From Vitrella brassicaformis CCMP3155 (taxonomy: Eukaryota > Protista > Chromerida): DNA of 64,000 nt. Below the pieces are notes generated by a model. It worked only from the letters and a program-made list of their open reading frames with translations, was not told the DNA's origin and ran no database searches. The stretch covers positions 83,042 through 147,041 of the forward strand of contig CDMY01000258.1 of the NCBI GenBank assembly GCA_001179505.1, written 5' to 3'. Shown in pieces: positions 16,172 to 28,949 of this stretch (within the stretch, counting starts at the first letter, position 1; each line of letters starts with the position of its first letter). Made by a program: the position numbers and the translations under genes.

Positions 16172-18845
16172 ATGGCTGATAAAGAGAAAGACACCCGGCT
16201 GTGAGCGCAACATCAGAGGAGGAAGGCTCTGCATCCATGGATACCCACGGTAGGCCGGCAGGAGAGGGATGCGTGGATGGATGGACGTATCTGTGGCTTA
16301 AATGGGGTGGGGGGAACGGATGCATGGCATGAGATGAATTACATATTGCATTGTGGGTGCAGATGTGGCCAAGGCGGCTGGCGGGTTGAAAGATCTACAT
16401 GGCCACTTCAAGAGGAGTTTGTCGCTCAAACACGGTGGTAAAGAGACCAGGAAGCTGCGCGCACCTGCCATTTGCCGCGGGCTGCGTGTTCCCCCGTGGT
16501 GCAGGTGGAGGTGAGGCTGTCGAGAGTGCTCCGATGACCGAGGCCAAGGACGGTAGGCATACATACCGCAATGACGCCGTTTACACTGTTTTAAAACACA
16601 GGTACCCGGCGCATTCTCATGGCCCAGAAGGAACTCGCGCCCAAGGATTCCGAGTAAGTGCGAAGGAAGAGACACCACAACCACAGTAACTATACACAGA
16701 CACACGCCAACGTGATGTGTGCGTGGCTTCTTCAGCAAGGCATTCCGTGCGTCTCTGCGGGTGTTCGAAAGCAGCACAGGGGACGAGGTACGCGAGCAGC
16801 TGCCTCGTGTGCCCTGCACTGCAACATCTGTGTGTTGTGTTGTGTTGTGTTGTTTCCACAGGGGCTATTTGTGACCGATCCATGCTCGTTTCTGGCGTTC
16901 TACTATGAAGGCAGTCCGGAGGACACAACACTACACCACACCACACTGCCGCCATCGATTGTCACTGCTTCTTTCAGCCAACGCGGTCCGCCACATGGCC
17001 TCGTCTGACATCAGCAAAATCGTCCGCCGCAGTGCAAAGTGAGTGCGGGTCGTGTCGTGTGTCACCATGCATGTCAGTCAGCTGCAGGCCACCCATCTCT
17101 CGCGTGTGTGTATTGTATGTGTGTGTGTGTGTCAGAGAGATGGTCGTTAACTTCCACACAGGGCCCCCTGTGATCATCAACTTCAAGAGCGAGGCAAGTG
17201 CACTGCACACCTTCCTGCCTCCCCACTGCGGATCTCATCCCGCCGACCGATCTGTGTGCGCATGGCGTCAGGATGTCGATGAGGTGTGCCGGTGGGTGCA
17301 GAAGCGCGTGTCGGACAAAAGCACGGTGCAGCACTGGTTCCCTGTCGTCGATGACCCGTCCTACCAGCTCTCTACTGGTGGGCAGACCGCATGTACCACA
17401 TGGAGAAGACCGAGACAGACGTTCTTGTGTTGGATTGCTCTCTCAGGTTCGCGTGAGATGTCTGTGTCTAGCTCTGCAGAGGCCAGCGGTACATACGCGC
17501 ACACGGTGGCATGAAAGCAGAGGAAACAGACGGATGCTTTGCTTTGTTGCGTTGTGCTATACAGGCACTTCTGGCCGCCTGTACGTTCGTTGCCGACCTA
17601 CTGCACGAGAGCCAAGTGTGATGCACGCACCTTGTTGTTCTTTCTCTCGTGCCGTTCAGGGCGTATCCGTGTGCGATCCGCCCCAAACAACACGTGACGT
17701 ACCATGTTAGCCAGCTGAAGACATCCTTGAGCACTCGGCACGAATGGATGTCTGCTCACATCACATCAGGCCACTGTTCGTGCCGATGACACGGGCCTCG
17801 CGTGCACGGGTGAGGGGACCGGCAGCATGTCCACATCCCCTGCGTCTCTTTCCTGCACAGGTACAACTACAGACGACCACTCAATGTTTCTGCCGTACGC
17901 GAAGGTCGCCCAGTCTCAAAGAAGAATCTGTGAGCCGCTCGCTACGCTCCGCACACAGTCACAGAGACACACGCCTCCCTCCACGTGCGTGCCGTGCTGC
18001 ATTCAGGTCGCTGGTGCGTATGGAAATCGACGGCACCTTCAAAACATTCAACTTCTTCGAATCGGTGACAAACCACCGTATCCAACACGACATGTGACAC
18101 CAAACCAACACGCATGCCTGGGGTGTGCCCTTGTGTGCACTCAGCAACACATCGAGAGCATTCTGAGTGATGTCATGGCCAAGGTGGGCTCGTCCATCCA
18201 TCCATCATAGCAACACGAAAATGTAGATGACTGATAGATCGATGCCGCCCTCTGTGTGTGTCTGCAGCACGCTGCTTCGCACATCTACTTCGATTTGGGT
18301 GGCGGTAACCGATTGACAGACAAACAGAGAGACAGCCGACCCCAACAAGAGCCTTTTGCCCTCATTCTCTGTGTCTCCAGAACAGCCGGAGGCGCTCAGA
18401 CTCTCTGCCGTGTCCAAGTTCCAACTCGCCGAGGCCAACGTCAAGAGCACCCCAAAGGCAAACGACACTGCCGGTACGTAGGAGGATCTAGCGTAGGATC
18501 AGAGCTCTCATATGTAGCTTCCGCTGTTTCCCCGTTCTGAAGGTTCTGTCGATCATTCTGCTGGTGCTGCTGCTGGTGCTTCTTCCTCCCCGCCCCTGCC
18601 TCCCGCCCCCGCCCCCGCCCCCGCCCGTCGCTGATTCTGATGCGGACCTGTTGAAGATGGGCTTCCACGCCGTGCAGGCCGACCCATCGATGGCCCTCGG
18701 CTATGAGCGGCAAGTCAAGCAGACGCAGATCCGCCTCGCGACACTCAAGGAGGAAGAGGGGGAGGGGGTGGGGGAGGGCGAGGATGAGGGGCTCCCGTCG
18801 CTGATGGACATACTCAAGAAGAATAAGAAGGCAGGGGAGGAATGA
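16172..18845 (+). CDS. Hypothetical protein built from many short exons, possibly with PH-like domain(s)
   Basis: More than 12 short segments bounded by AG/GT (or GC) sites between microsatellite introns, e.g. LFVTDPCSFLAFYYE, MASSDISKIVRRSAK, EMVVNFHTGPPVIINFKSE, DVDEVCRWVQKRV. Full phase was not verified. Confidence 0.4.
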
Positions 18846-19599
18846 ACTCGTCCGAGCGTGAGGATGAGAGAACAAGAGGGGGACTGAGCAGCCACGCATG
18901 ACACACACACACACACACACACAACCAACCAAGGGGGTGGATGTAGTGAGTGTCGTGACTCGTGAGGTTTTCCTTCTCTATGCTCTGTCGGCCTGCATAG
19001 CGCCATGTGCCCATGTTGTGCATGTATGGCGTGAGTCGTAGAAAGGTGTTCTCTCCCTCCCTGACTGACCGACTCGATATCTGCATTGATCTCTCATGAG
19101 TCGACTCTCGAACCACGGTGTCTCAACATCAACCAATCGGTGGGTGCATCTTCGCAGAGACTGATCATGATGGATGCACACAGAAAGATCGATCACCGTT
19201 GTGAGTGCGTGCGTGAGAAGGCTCACAGACCATTCAGACCACTCAGCCGCCTCCATGTCAAGGCGGCCAGCTGCCCGCGTGGAGTGCATTTTCTAATTTG
19301 GCTGCATCGCTGCGGCAAGGGGCCGTCCTCGCTTCATGCCGCAGGGACGGCCATGAAGTTAAGCCTCCACGCATGCCGTTAAGCTCTGCCGATGAGTTCA
19401 AGGCGCTCCCGATGGACTGAACATTGCAAATGACCAGCAACCTATCTGCAATCACCAGAGCACAGCGTATTGCGCCACACCAGGCCCTCCAAAGCCTTGG
19501 AAGGAGGCGGCCGTGGACGATCGTCGACGAGCTTGCAGATGTGCGAGCTTCAGTGATGAGTGAGATGATAAAGATGAAGATGACGACGATGCGAGCGAC

Positions 19600-22500
19600 G
19601 ATGCATCGTGAGCAGCAGCCCTTTCCACGGCCGCATTCGCCGGAGCCGCCAAGGAAACCACGGCGCCGGAGATGGCGCAACTTCAACGTGGACAGCGGCG
19701 ATGAAGGCGATTGCGGCGTCGTGGAAAGGAGCTGCCCATTTCGCTGCAGCAGAGCAGGCAGTCGGCCGGTGCACGTGGGATTCCCGTGTGCACCTGTCGG
19801 CTGCTGCTTCAGCGGCGCGTGTCGGCGCCATGTTCCCAAGGACCGCTCCGGACACCCCGAGCCCCCTTCTCACCCCCCTCACCCCTCTCACCCCCCACAG
19901 CCACCACCACGGCCACACCCTGCCATGGCGTTCCCCCCACCCCCACCCCTTCCGTATTTCTTGCCGCCCTGCTTCATGCCACAGGGCATGTATCTGCCGC
20001 CGCATCACCTGATGATGCTGCCGCCGCCGGTGCCAATAGCAGCAGCAGCCAGCTCAAGGGCCGCGGGTGCGCATCCGATGCCCACGTCAGCCGAGGAGGT
20101 GATGCGGGCGCACGAGAGCCACATGAGCATTGGGAGGGAGGTCGGGCCGCCCAAGGCGTCGAGTGGTGTGGGGCCACGGCCGCCGACGATCGTCTTACCG
20201 AGGAGCCGCGGGAAGAGGACACCCCCCGCATCCGCCACGGGTGGCACGCAGATCGCCGACGACAAGAACAATCAGCATGGCAAGCAATGGGAAGCGATCA
20301 AAAAGCAGTCCACTCCACTCATCTCTCGTGTGTCATGGTTTGCCATCAGGTTCGTTCGCTGCAGCAGCAGCAGCAGCAGCTGCGTCTAGCGGTGGTCCAG
20401 CCCCATCCCTCCCCCTCCCCCACCCCTCTCACCTTTATCCCATTCCCACCAGTGGCGCCACTTCAGCGCATGTGTGTGCCATGCTGAGCCAGCCCTCGCA
20501 CCTCACCGTCCTGTCATCCGCCGACAGACACACACCTGCCCCGCGAGGCAGCACCAACGGGGCAGCTCAGCTGATGGAGAGCCGCGTTGGGAACGCAGAG
20601 AGTCGTGGCGGACATGCGGGGGGGTCCTCAGCCTCCGCTAACGTTGCCATGCAGCAGCACGACTCCCCTGCGCGGCGCCGGGGAGTAGCCGGAGGGCATG
20701 ATCCCGTTGTTGTTGTCGAAGGCGGTGTCCACATGGGCCGTTTCGGGACTCCAGTGCCCTCATCGCAGCTGCATAACCATCATGACGTAAGGAGGGAGGG
20801 AGGGGGGAGGCATTAGTGGATGGGCTCATGCACACGCCCATCGGTGTTGCTTTCTTCCCTCCCTCAGGTAGACGCGCCGATGTCTCTCTTAGCGCCCTCA
20901 AGGATTCCCGTGTTGCCGCCCTCAAAAGATCCGGTTGAGGTGGGCGTCGTCCCCGGCAACGACGCCAACTGCACAACGTCACCCGCACACCCCGAGCCCC
21001 CTTCTCACCCCCCACAGCCGCCACAGCCACACCCAGCCATGGCGTTCTCCCCACCACAACATCATCCCTTCTTCTTCCCGCCCTTATTCATGCCGCCACA
21101 GGGCATGTATCTGCCGCCGCATCACCTGATGATGCAACCGCCGCCGGTGCCAATGGCAGCAGCAGCCAGCTCGATGGGCGCGGGTGGGCATCCGATGCCC
21201 ACGTCAGCCGAGGAGGTGATGCGGGCGCACGAGAGCCACATGAGCATTGGGAGGGAGGTCGGGCCGCCCAAGGCGTCAGGTGGTGTGGGGCCACGGCCGC
21301 CCACCATCGTCTCACCGAGGAGCCGCGGGAAGAGGACACCGCCCGCATCCGCCACGGGTGGCACGCAGATCGCCGACGACAAGAACAATCAGCGTGGTAA
21401 GCAATGGGAAGCGATCGAAAAGCAGTCCACTCCACTCATCTCTCGTGTGTCATAGTGTGCCCTCAGGTTCGTTCTCTGCAGCTGCGTCTAGCGGTGGTCC
21501 AGCCCCATCCCTCCCCCTCCCCCACCCCTCTCACCTTTATCCCATTCCCACCAGTGGCGCCACTTCAGCGCATGTGTGTGCCATGCTGAGCCAGCCCTCG
21601 CACCTCCCCGTCCTGTCATCCGCCGACAGACACACACCTGACCCGCGAGGCAGCACCAACGGGGCAGCTCAGCTGATGGAGAGCCGCGTTGGGAACGCAG
21701 AGAGTCGTGGCGGACATGCGGGGGGGTCCTCAGCCTCCGCTAACGTTGCCATGCAGCANNNNNNNNNNNNNNNNNNNNNNNNNNNNNNNNNNNNNNNNNN
21801 NNNNNNNNNNNNNNNNNNNNNNNNNNNNNNNNNNNNNNNNNNNNNNNNNNNNNNNNNNNNNNNNNNNNNNNNNNNNNNNNNNNNNNNNNNNNNNNNNNNN
21901 NNNNNNNNNNNNNNNNNNNNNNNNNNNNNNNNNNNNNNNNNNNNNNNNNNNNNNNNNNNNNNNNNNNNNNNNNNNNNNNNNNNNNNNNNNNNNNNNNNNN
22001 NNNNNNNNNNNNNNNNNNNNNNNNNNNNNNNNNNNNNNNNNNNNNNNNNNNNNNNNNNCCGCTAACGTTGCCATGCAGCAGCACGACTCCCCTGCGCGGC
22101 GCCGGGGAGTAGCCGGAGGGCATGACCCCGTTGTTGTTGTCGAAGGCGGTGTCCACATGGGCCGTTTGGGGACTCCAGTGCCCTCATCGCAGCTGCATAA
22201 CCATCATGACGTACGGAGGGAGGGAGGGGGGAGGCATTAGTGGATGGGCTCATGCACACGCGCATCGGTGTTGCTTCTTCCCTCCCTCAGGTAGACGCGC
22301 GGATGTCTCTCTCAGCGGCCTCAAGGATTCCCGTGTTGCCGCCCTCAAAAGATCCGGTTGAGGTGGGCGTCGTCCCCGGCAACGACGCCAACTGCACAAC
22401 GTCACCCGCACACCCCTCTCACCCCTCTCACTCCCCACGGCCACACCCAGCCATGGCGTTCCCCCCACCCCCACCCCATCCATACTTCGTCCCGCCCTTC

Positions 22501-24152
22501 GTCATGCCACAGGGCATGTATCTGCCGCCGCATCACCTGATGATGCAACCGCCGCCGGTGCCAATAGCAGCAGCAGCCAGCTCGATGGGCGCGGGTGGGC
22601 ATCCGATGCCCACGTCAGCCGAGGAGGTGATGCGGGCGCACGAGGGCCACATGAGCATTGGGAGGGAGGTCGGGCCGCCCAAGGCGTCAAGTGGTTTGGG
22701 CCCACGGTTGCCGACGATCGTCTCACCGAGGAGCCGCGGGAAGAGGACACCGCCCCCATCGGCCACGGGTGGCACGCAGATCGCCGACGACAAGAACAAT
22801 CAGCATGGTAAGCAATGGGAAGCGATCGAAAAGCAGTCAACTCCACTCATCTCTCGTGTGTCATGGTTTGCCCTCAGGTTCGTTCGCTGCAGCAGCAGCT
22901 GCTGCGTCTAGCGGTGGTCCAGCCCCACCACTCCCCCTCCCCCACCCCTCTCACCTTCATCCCATTCCCACCAGTGGCTCCCCAATGGTCAGCCCGGCCC
23001 TCCCCCACCTGCTGCACCCACAGCAGCCCGCCACGTCAACCTGCCAAGACACCACCACAGCCATGGCCATGGCCCTGCTGCATCACCGATGGGCACAGCA
23101 GAACAACGCCTTCCTGCGTGATAAGTTCGCTCACCCCGAAGAGATCCTCCGCTTCTCCGCCGACCAGAACGCCTTCGTTCTGACCCTCGACGGCCTCCCG
23201 GCGGCCGACGGCCAGCTGTCCTTCACCACGGCTCCGGAGGGTGACGGCGCCGTGACGGAGGGCAGCCTGACTGCCGCCCTCAACAAGGCCCTCATGTTAG
23301 CAGAGGAGCACCTGCGTCAGGGGGAGGATGACAAGGGGGTCAGCAGGCGGCCTGCCGAGGAGGGCGAAACAAGACGAAACGGCAGCGAAGCCGATGAGAC
23401 CCAGCAGCACAGCAGGAGGAGGAGCAGCCCGTTGCGCCGCCCGCCCCGATTGCTGATGCACCGGCACCACCGACCCTGGAGATGCCCCCAGACCCGGCCG
23501 GTGCTACCACGACTCAACGAAGGTGCGTGTGAACACCAACCCAGTCACGTGTTGTCTCATATGTGTGTGTGCGTCATGCAATGTAGGTCTCAAGACGCCG
23601 CTGAGGAGGTCCCTGTCAGCCTCGTCACTGAGTCCGCCCCCGCCGCTGCATCAGCCACCGACGCTGAGGCCGCCCCCGCGCCGCTCATTGCCGAACAGCA
23701 CGTGCCACAGAGCCAGCCCTCTCCGTCTGCCGTGCGGACCTACAACAAGAAGCGCATCGACATCAGCGAGCACCACCTGACCGGGGAGTACTTCTTTAAC
23801 TCCCGAACAATGTCGCTCAGGGCAACCCTCGCTGGCGAAGAGTGCATCGTCAAGGTGCGGACCCCCAACAGCCTGCTGCAGGTCATGGGCGCCGACATGA
23901 GCGACAAGCTCGGCAGAAGGTACGCCAACGTCGTCTCCTTCAGGGGGGTGGAGGACGAGGCACAGCTGCTGCATAGGCTGGAGGGACAGCTGGAGGCGCC
24001 AAAGCTGCTGTCGAGGGGCTTCGTCAGTGCGGCCGCTCCGTTCAAGGTCCGCCTGAAGCTGCCCGACTTGACGAGCTACACGTCGATGGCCGAGGGAGAG
24101 GAAACGTTTGAGTTTCGGCTGACCGGCCCCTTCTATGCCGTTGAGCTCCTCA
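19600..24152 (+). CDS. Cassette gene or pseudogene: repeated Pro-rich exons, then a divergent AP2-like domain, then a kinase-like N-lobe; truncated by the copia remnant
   Basis: Introns 20280-20349, 20787-20867, 21397-21466, 22211-22290 and 22808-22877 splice in phase. HHRWAQQNN..ALMLAEEH domain at ~23090-23315. ECIVKVR..EDEAQLLHRLEGQLEAPKLL at ~23840-24010. GTAAGC donor at 24153. Apparent 1-nt frameshift near 23400. Confidence 0.45.
19850..23345 (+). repeat. Tandem array of about three ~1.1 kb units, each with two introns and Pro/His-rich exons
   Basis: The marker GGTGGTCC recurs at 20391, 21493 and 22913 (period 1102, and ~1098 after removing the N gap). The peptide GMYLPPHHLMMQPPPV..PTSAEEVMRAHE..IADDKNNQ is repeated. 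An inverted copy lies at ~32335-33830. Confidence 0.95.
21759..22058. other. Assembly gap (300 N) inside the tandem array
   Basis: Run of N. The 22 nt before the gap (21737-21758) are identical to the 22 nt after it (22059-22080). Confidence 0.98.
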
Positions 24153-24249
24153 GTAAGCACAACACAAAAAGGGGGGTGTGGCTGGGTCGAAATGAGGTGC
24201 TAATGCTTTGTCTGACGGTGCAGAGTTTGGTGGTTGTGACGCCCCGAAC

Positions 24250-26900
24250 ATGACGCAGCTCACCCTCCTTCGAGCGGCCATCAATCTCGCCAACAAGCAG
24301 CAGCTGGACCCCGCAGCCGCTCTCGGAGCCTTCCAGCGCTCCTACGGCAAGCCCATACCAACCGCACTCTTCGACGCCGTCGCCGCCACAGCCCCTGAAG
24401 CGCTGCACCGATGCCTCCTGCGCGCCCTTGAGGTCATGCATGGCTTTTCGAAGCCAAAGAAGGCCCACGAGATGCCCGAGGCCGCCTCCGAGGATGACGG
24501 CTTCCCGCCCACCAAACCTTACTCGCCCCTACTCGGCCAGCTGCCGATGCAGACCAACGACGAGGAGACCATCCCTGCCACCCATCTGCCGGCAGTGTGG
24601 ACGAGGGATGGCGGAGAGGTGCTGCTCATCCACGGAGGATCACGGCGGCAACCTGATGGCGACGACTGGCGGCAAACACGGCATCGATGTCGTCCACATC
24701 GATCACGAGTTCGTGAGGGAGATGCGGCGCAATCAGGCGGTCGACGCGGCCAATCCCGGCCTGTTCATGGCCATCCCTCCCACCTTCGTGCCGTTGTCCT
24801 GCACGCTGAAGGAAGCCGCCCGCGAGGACATCGCTCCCGACAGCCCCTACACCGACGTCTACGGCACGGCAATGACGGTGGCCATGTGCGCCCTCGCCGG
24901 CCATCCCTCATGGTGCGAGAGCTTCAAGGGATGGTCCCATCCATGGCATGCGGCCGAGCCCACCACCCTCCACAGCCGCATCACAGCCGTGCGGGAGCAG
25001 CAGAAGGCTGAGGCGCGAGGCACCGATGCGGCGGCCATGTCGCGGGTCCGCACCCAGGGGCTCCAGGAGCTGGAGAGGGTGCATCAGCACCTCATACGCG
25101 ACATCGAGGCCACTGCGGCGCAGGAGAGCACCAGAGGAGGGAGGCTGGACCTCGACATCGCCCTTGCCTGCCTGCGTTTCATTCCGCCCCTTGGCGAGCG
25201 ACCAGGTGACATCAGCCTCCAGCCCCTTATCGAGGAAGTGAACCATCTGATCGCATCGGCTTACGGCCACTGATGGGCGGGGGATGGCTTATCGCAAGGA
25301 GGGCAGCACTCGAAGTGGAGAGGGGCCACTATTCGATGATTGAGTTTGGACGATCGACAGGTGTCTCAAATGGCGGCAGGTTCGGCAGGCAGGCCGGTCC
25401 AGGCGAGCAATGGATGGTGAAGCAGTCGGATGGCGGTGGAGGCCAGAGGAAGCAGCAAGGCGCTGCGGCATCATCATCTGGTGGGGGCAAGTCGTCAGGT
25501 GTGGGCAAGACCGACAAGGGGCCCGGGAACCACGAGAGCATCATGAAGCCCAGGACCACCGACGGCGTCAGTCAGGAAGACCTCGACAAGTGGGCCAAGG
25601 CGGGCCTGTGTCTGCGGTGCGGCAAGGACCACGAGTACTACCGCTGCTGCAAGTGGCGGGCGGAGCTCATCGCACAGGGCTGGAAGATCCCAGCCGGGCA
25701 ACCTGCCGACAAGGGCGGTGGGGGCAGAGGGGTGGGGGCAACAATCATGCGGCCAGGCTGGCCCTCTCTGAGGAGCCGGACCCGGCTGCAGCACTCGAGC
25801 ACTCACTCACACCACTCCATCCGTCTGGTCCGCCCCCCCGCATCACCCCAGACGACTCTGCATTCTTCACCCGGACTGAGCTGACGGTCGGCCCCGACTC
25901 AACTTTGACGAGGACCGTCTGCAGCTGCCCGATGTGTGTGAGGGAAAGAGCGTCGCACTGCTGCTGGACGGGGGCAGTCAGGCCGCCGTCATGGACGGCG
26001 GCGCATCGCTGCACATCCAGGGCTCGGAACGGCCCACGCCGGGGCTGAGCATCAAGACGGCCAAGGAAGGCCAGGACCTCCACATGGAGTGCAGGGGCGA
26101 CGCTCTCATTGTCATCAAGGACAAGAATGGCGTCGAGTTGCCGATGAAGCTGAGTCATGTGTACGTCGCCCCCGACTGCGCAGCCATCCTCATCAGCGAG
26201 CGCCAACTGCACACAAGGGGTGGGGGTGTTCACAAGGTCGCTGGAGAGGCCAACTCTACTGGTATGTGGTGAACATCGACGGCATACGACAGACGCGTGT
26301 CGTCCCCCTGACGTGTGTGGCGGGCGGCTACCGCCTGATGATGCGGCCGTGGACAGAGGCCGATGACAAGAGGGCTGAGGAGATGGCGGCGAGCGTCACT
26401 GTGGGCGACGCCATGGTGACGTCATGAGATGTGCTGCTGACTGGTGGGGGCCACACACACGAGGAAGTGTGTTCGAGCGACTCGAGCGGTGATGAGAGTG
26501 ACGGTGACGGTGGGCAGCACACGGACGAGTGCGAGACCGACGGGTGCGCGGCTGACGGAGACAGGCAACTGCCAGACATGCTCATGACTGGCAAGGAGCG
26601 CCAGAACCTACTCAACGCCATGGACCTACACACCAGTGCGGGCCACAAGGGCTTCTCAGAGCTGCCGGAGCTGTCGAGGGTCCTCCGCGGCTGCCCACCC
26701 ATCCATCACCAACATCCCGGTGAAGCCTGCCTGCCCACCTTGCAACCAGGGCAAGGCCAAGAGGGCGCCCATCCGTCATCCCACCGGCCACCGCAAGGAC
26801 GCCAGACGACCAGCACAGAAGTGGCACGTCGATTGGGCACATATGCGCGGGCAGATCGGTCCTCTGGGGAGGACCTGCAGCTGGCGGTGCGGGCACCTAC
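24250..26900 (+). mobile_element. Degenerate Ty1/copia LTR-retrotransposon remnant (gag, protease, start of integrase)
   Basis: Gag zinc knuckle CLRCGKDHEYYRC (~25610-25650). Copia-type protease VMDGGASLHI..IKTAKEG..LSHVYVAP..ILISERQL. Pre-integrase LHTSAGH..CPPCNQGKAKRAP followed by WHVDW. Order is PR then IN. Several stops and frameshifts; no RT or LTR pair follows. Confidence 0.82.
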
Positions 26901-27587
26901 AAGGCTGACGGGTCTTCACGCCGCTCAAGATGGAGGGGTCCCTCTTGGTGGCCAGCTCAAGAGCTCCCTGAGCATCACAGCCAACAATCCCCTGGGAGCC
27001 GACGTCGACATCGGCGTGTCCGAGCTGCTACGGTCCCTCTTCCAAGCCCAAGGTGAAGAGAGAGAGGCCGGATGCGTCAATGTCTCACCTGACCATTCAT
27101 ATGACCTAACCACTCATTTGGCGTCTCTCTCTGTGTGCGTGTGTGTCCTGTCAGGTAACGCGGGCGTCGTAATGGTCGCTTTGGCCGGCCTCTTGATGCT
27201 GCCCAACTCAGTCCAACTAAGGTGAGCCCAACAGACAAGGGGGACGGACCAATGAACGAGGCCGGCCATGTGGTATCTTCCTCCCTCCCTCCCTCCCTCT
27301 CTCTCTGAATGTGTGCATGCAGCCTCACTCCGTCTCTCCCTCGACATGTCAAGCCGAGGTCGCCACCGATAACCTGCTGGCGACTCCTTCGATGCTACAG
27401 CGGATGGATGGATGGACCATTTCCTTTTTTTTCCACCTGTTCGGTTTGTGTGCGGCGGGGCGTTTGTTTGGTCTGATCGGTCATTTGCTTTGTCGGTCGA
27501 GTGTGTGTGGCGCATGGTGCCGTCAGTGTGGCCTCGTGTGTTGCTGTGTCCATTTCGTCTGGCCGGCTGTCTTTCTGTCTGGCTGGC

Positions 27588-27785
27588 TGTCTGGTGTGCG
27601 TCGAATGTCTGCCGCCATTGCCACGCGTGTGCCATCCGGACACACCGACCACTGCGGCAAGAGTTGACTTCTTCTTAGAGAACGTCTGTCTGTCGTGTCG
27701 CCTCTCTGTCTGTCTGGCAGTCTCTCTGTCTGGCTGTCTGGCTGTCTGTCTGCCTTTCTGCCGCGGCTGCATTGAATTATGTGGT
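27588..27785 (+). repeat. Dispersed ~200 bp repeat, copy 1
   Basis: A ~105 bp core (GTCTGGTGTGCGTCGAATGTCTGCCGCCATTGCCACG...AGAGAACGTC) is nearly identical to 54990-55095. Confidence 0.9.
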
Positions 27786-28949
27786 GTGCTGTGATGTGAT
27801 GTGATGTGGCGCGGCTGCACTACACACTGACCGACTGACTCATACGTGGACGATGTGCTGCCTGCAATGTGCTGCATTGATGCCATGCCGTCCGCTTACT
27901 GACTGACTGGCTCATACTGAGAAAGGCGGAATCGACGCCCACCTGGCCTCACGCACACATCAGCTCACCACGGGCAGTACGGTACTTGATAGAGCCAGTT
28001 GGGGTCACGCGTGTGCGATAAGCGAACGATGCCCAGGCGCAGGCAGGCATACCGTCGTTTCTGTCCTCCCACGCATGACATGACGCTGCTGCTGCTGCTG
28101 CTGCTGCTGACGCATTTGAGGGTTCCCCTTGCACTTTGCGCTAGATTTGTCTGTGCTCTTCTGAGAGACGGCACATCCATCCATCCAGTGTGACGCAGCT
28201 GGCGTGAAGGGTGGGTGGATGCGTGGTACGTTGACTGACGACCATGGACCGCTGCTGCAGTCATGATGTGGTGGCTGCATGATGAACCTACTGTGTGTTG
28301 ATGTGTCGCTTGCTCGGCTGGTTTGTCCTTTTAGCGAGAGACTCGAGCTCTTCTTACTCGTTTTATTCGTTTTGGATGAGTGAATGGGAAATACGGACCG
28401 CTGGTTGATTTGATACCCAACCCACGCACACGACTTATCGTTTTGGAGTCCTGGCAAGCCGACCCATTCTTCCCTCCCTCTTGTTTCCCCCGCTGTGACC
28501 ACACACTCGTACACCCGGACCTTTAAACACCACACCACACAAACGCATCCACACCGCATCCACTCATCCAGCCATGCAGCCAGGCCAACGAGTGAACCCG
28601 TTTCTGTCTCCCTGTGTCCCTTACTGGTAGCGATAGATCCCTCCCTCCCTCTCCACTCACTTAGTCAAACCTGCCTGTCTGTCTATTTGCCTGCCAGCAC
28701 ACAGCCGACAAACATCTCTCCCCCCGTCCCTCTCGCAGTCCCTCTCGCAGGCAGTGAAAAAAGAACCGCGCAAGCGAAATACAGCAGCCCCCTTCCGATC
28801 CACCAATCCCTCACAGACAGCATCCATCGAGGCGACAAAGACGTGTGTACACAGACGGCGAAAGCAAAGTGACTGAGTGTGTGTGGGTCTCAACAAACTG
28901 CGGTTCTGTATGCGTGTGTGTACGTGTGCATGTTATCCATAATGTACGT

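Noticed and set aside
19850-23345. CRISPR array or satellite
   Set aside because: The units are ~1.1 kb, intron-containing and coding-like, with no short repeat-spacer structure, and the host is eukaryotic.
24153-24250. LTR and primer-binding site for the copia remnant
   Set aside because: No second LTR copy was found, and TGGTGGTTGTGAC could not be assigned to a tRNA 3' end without a search.
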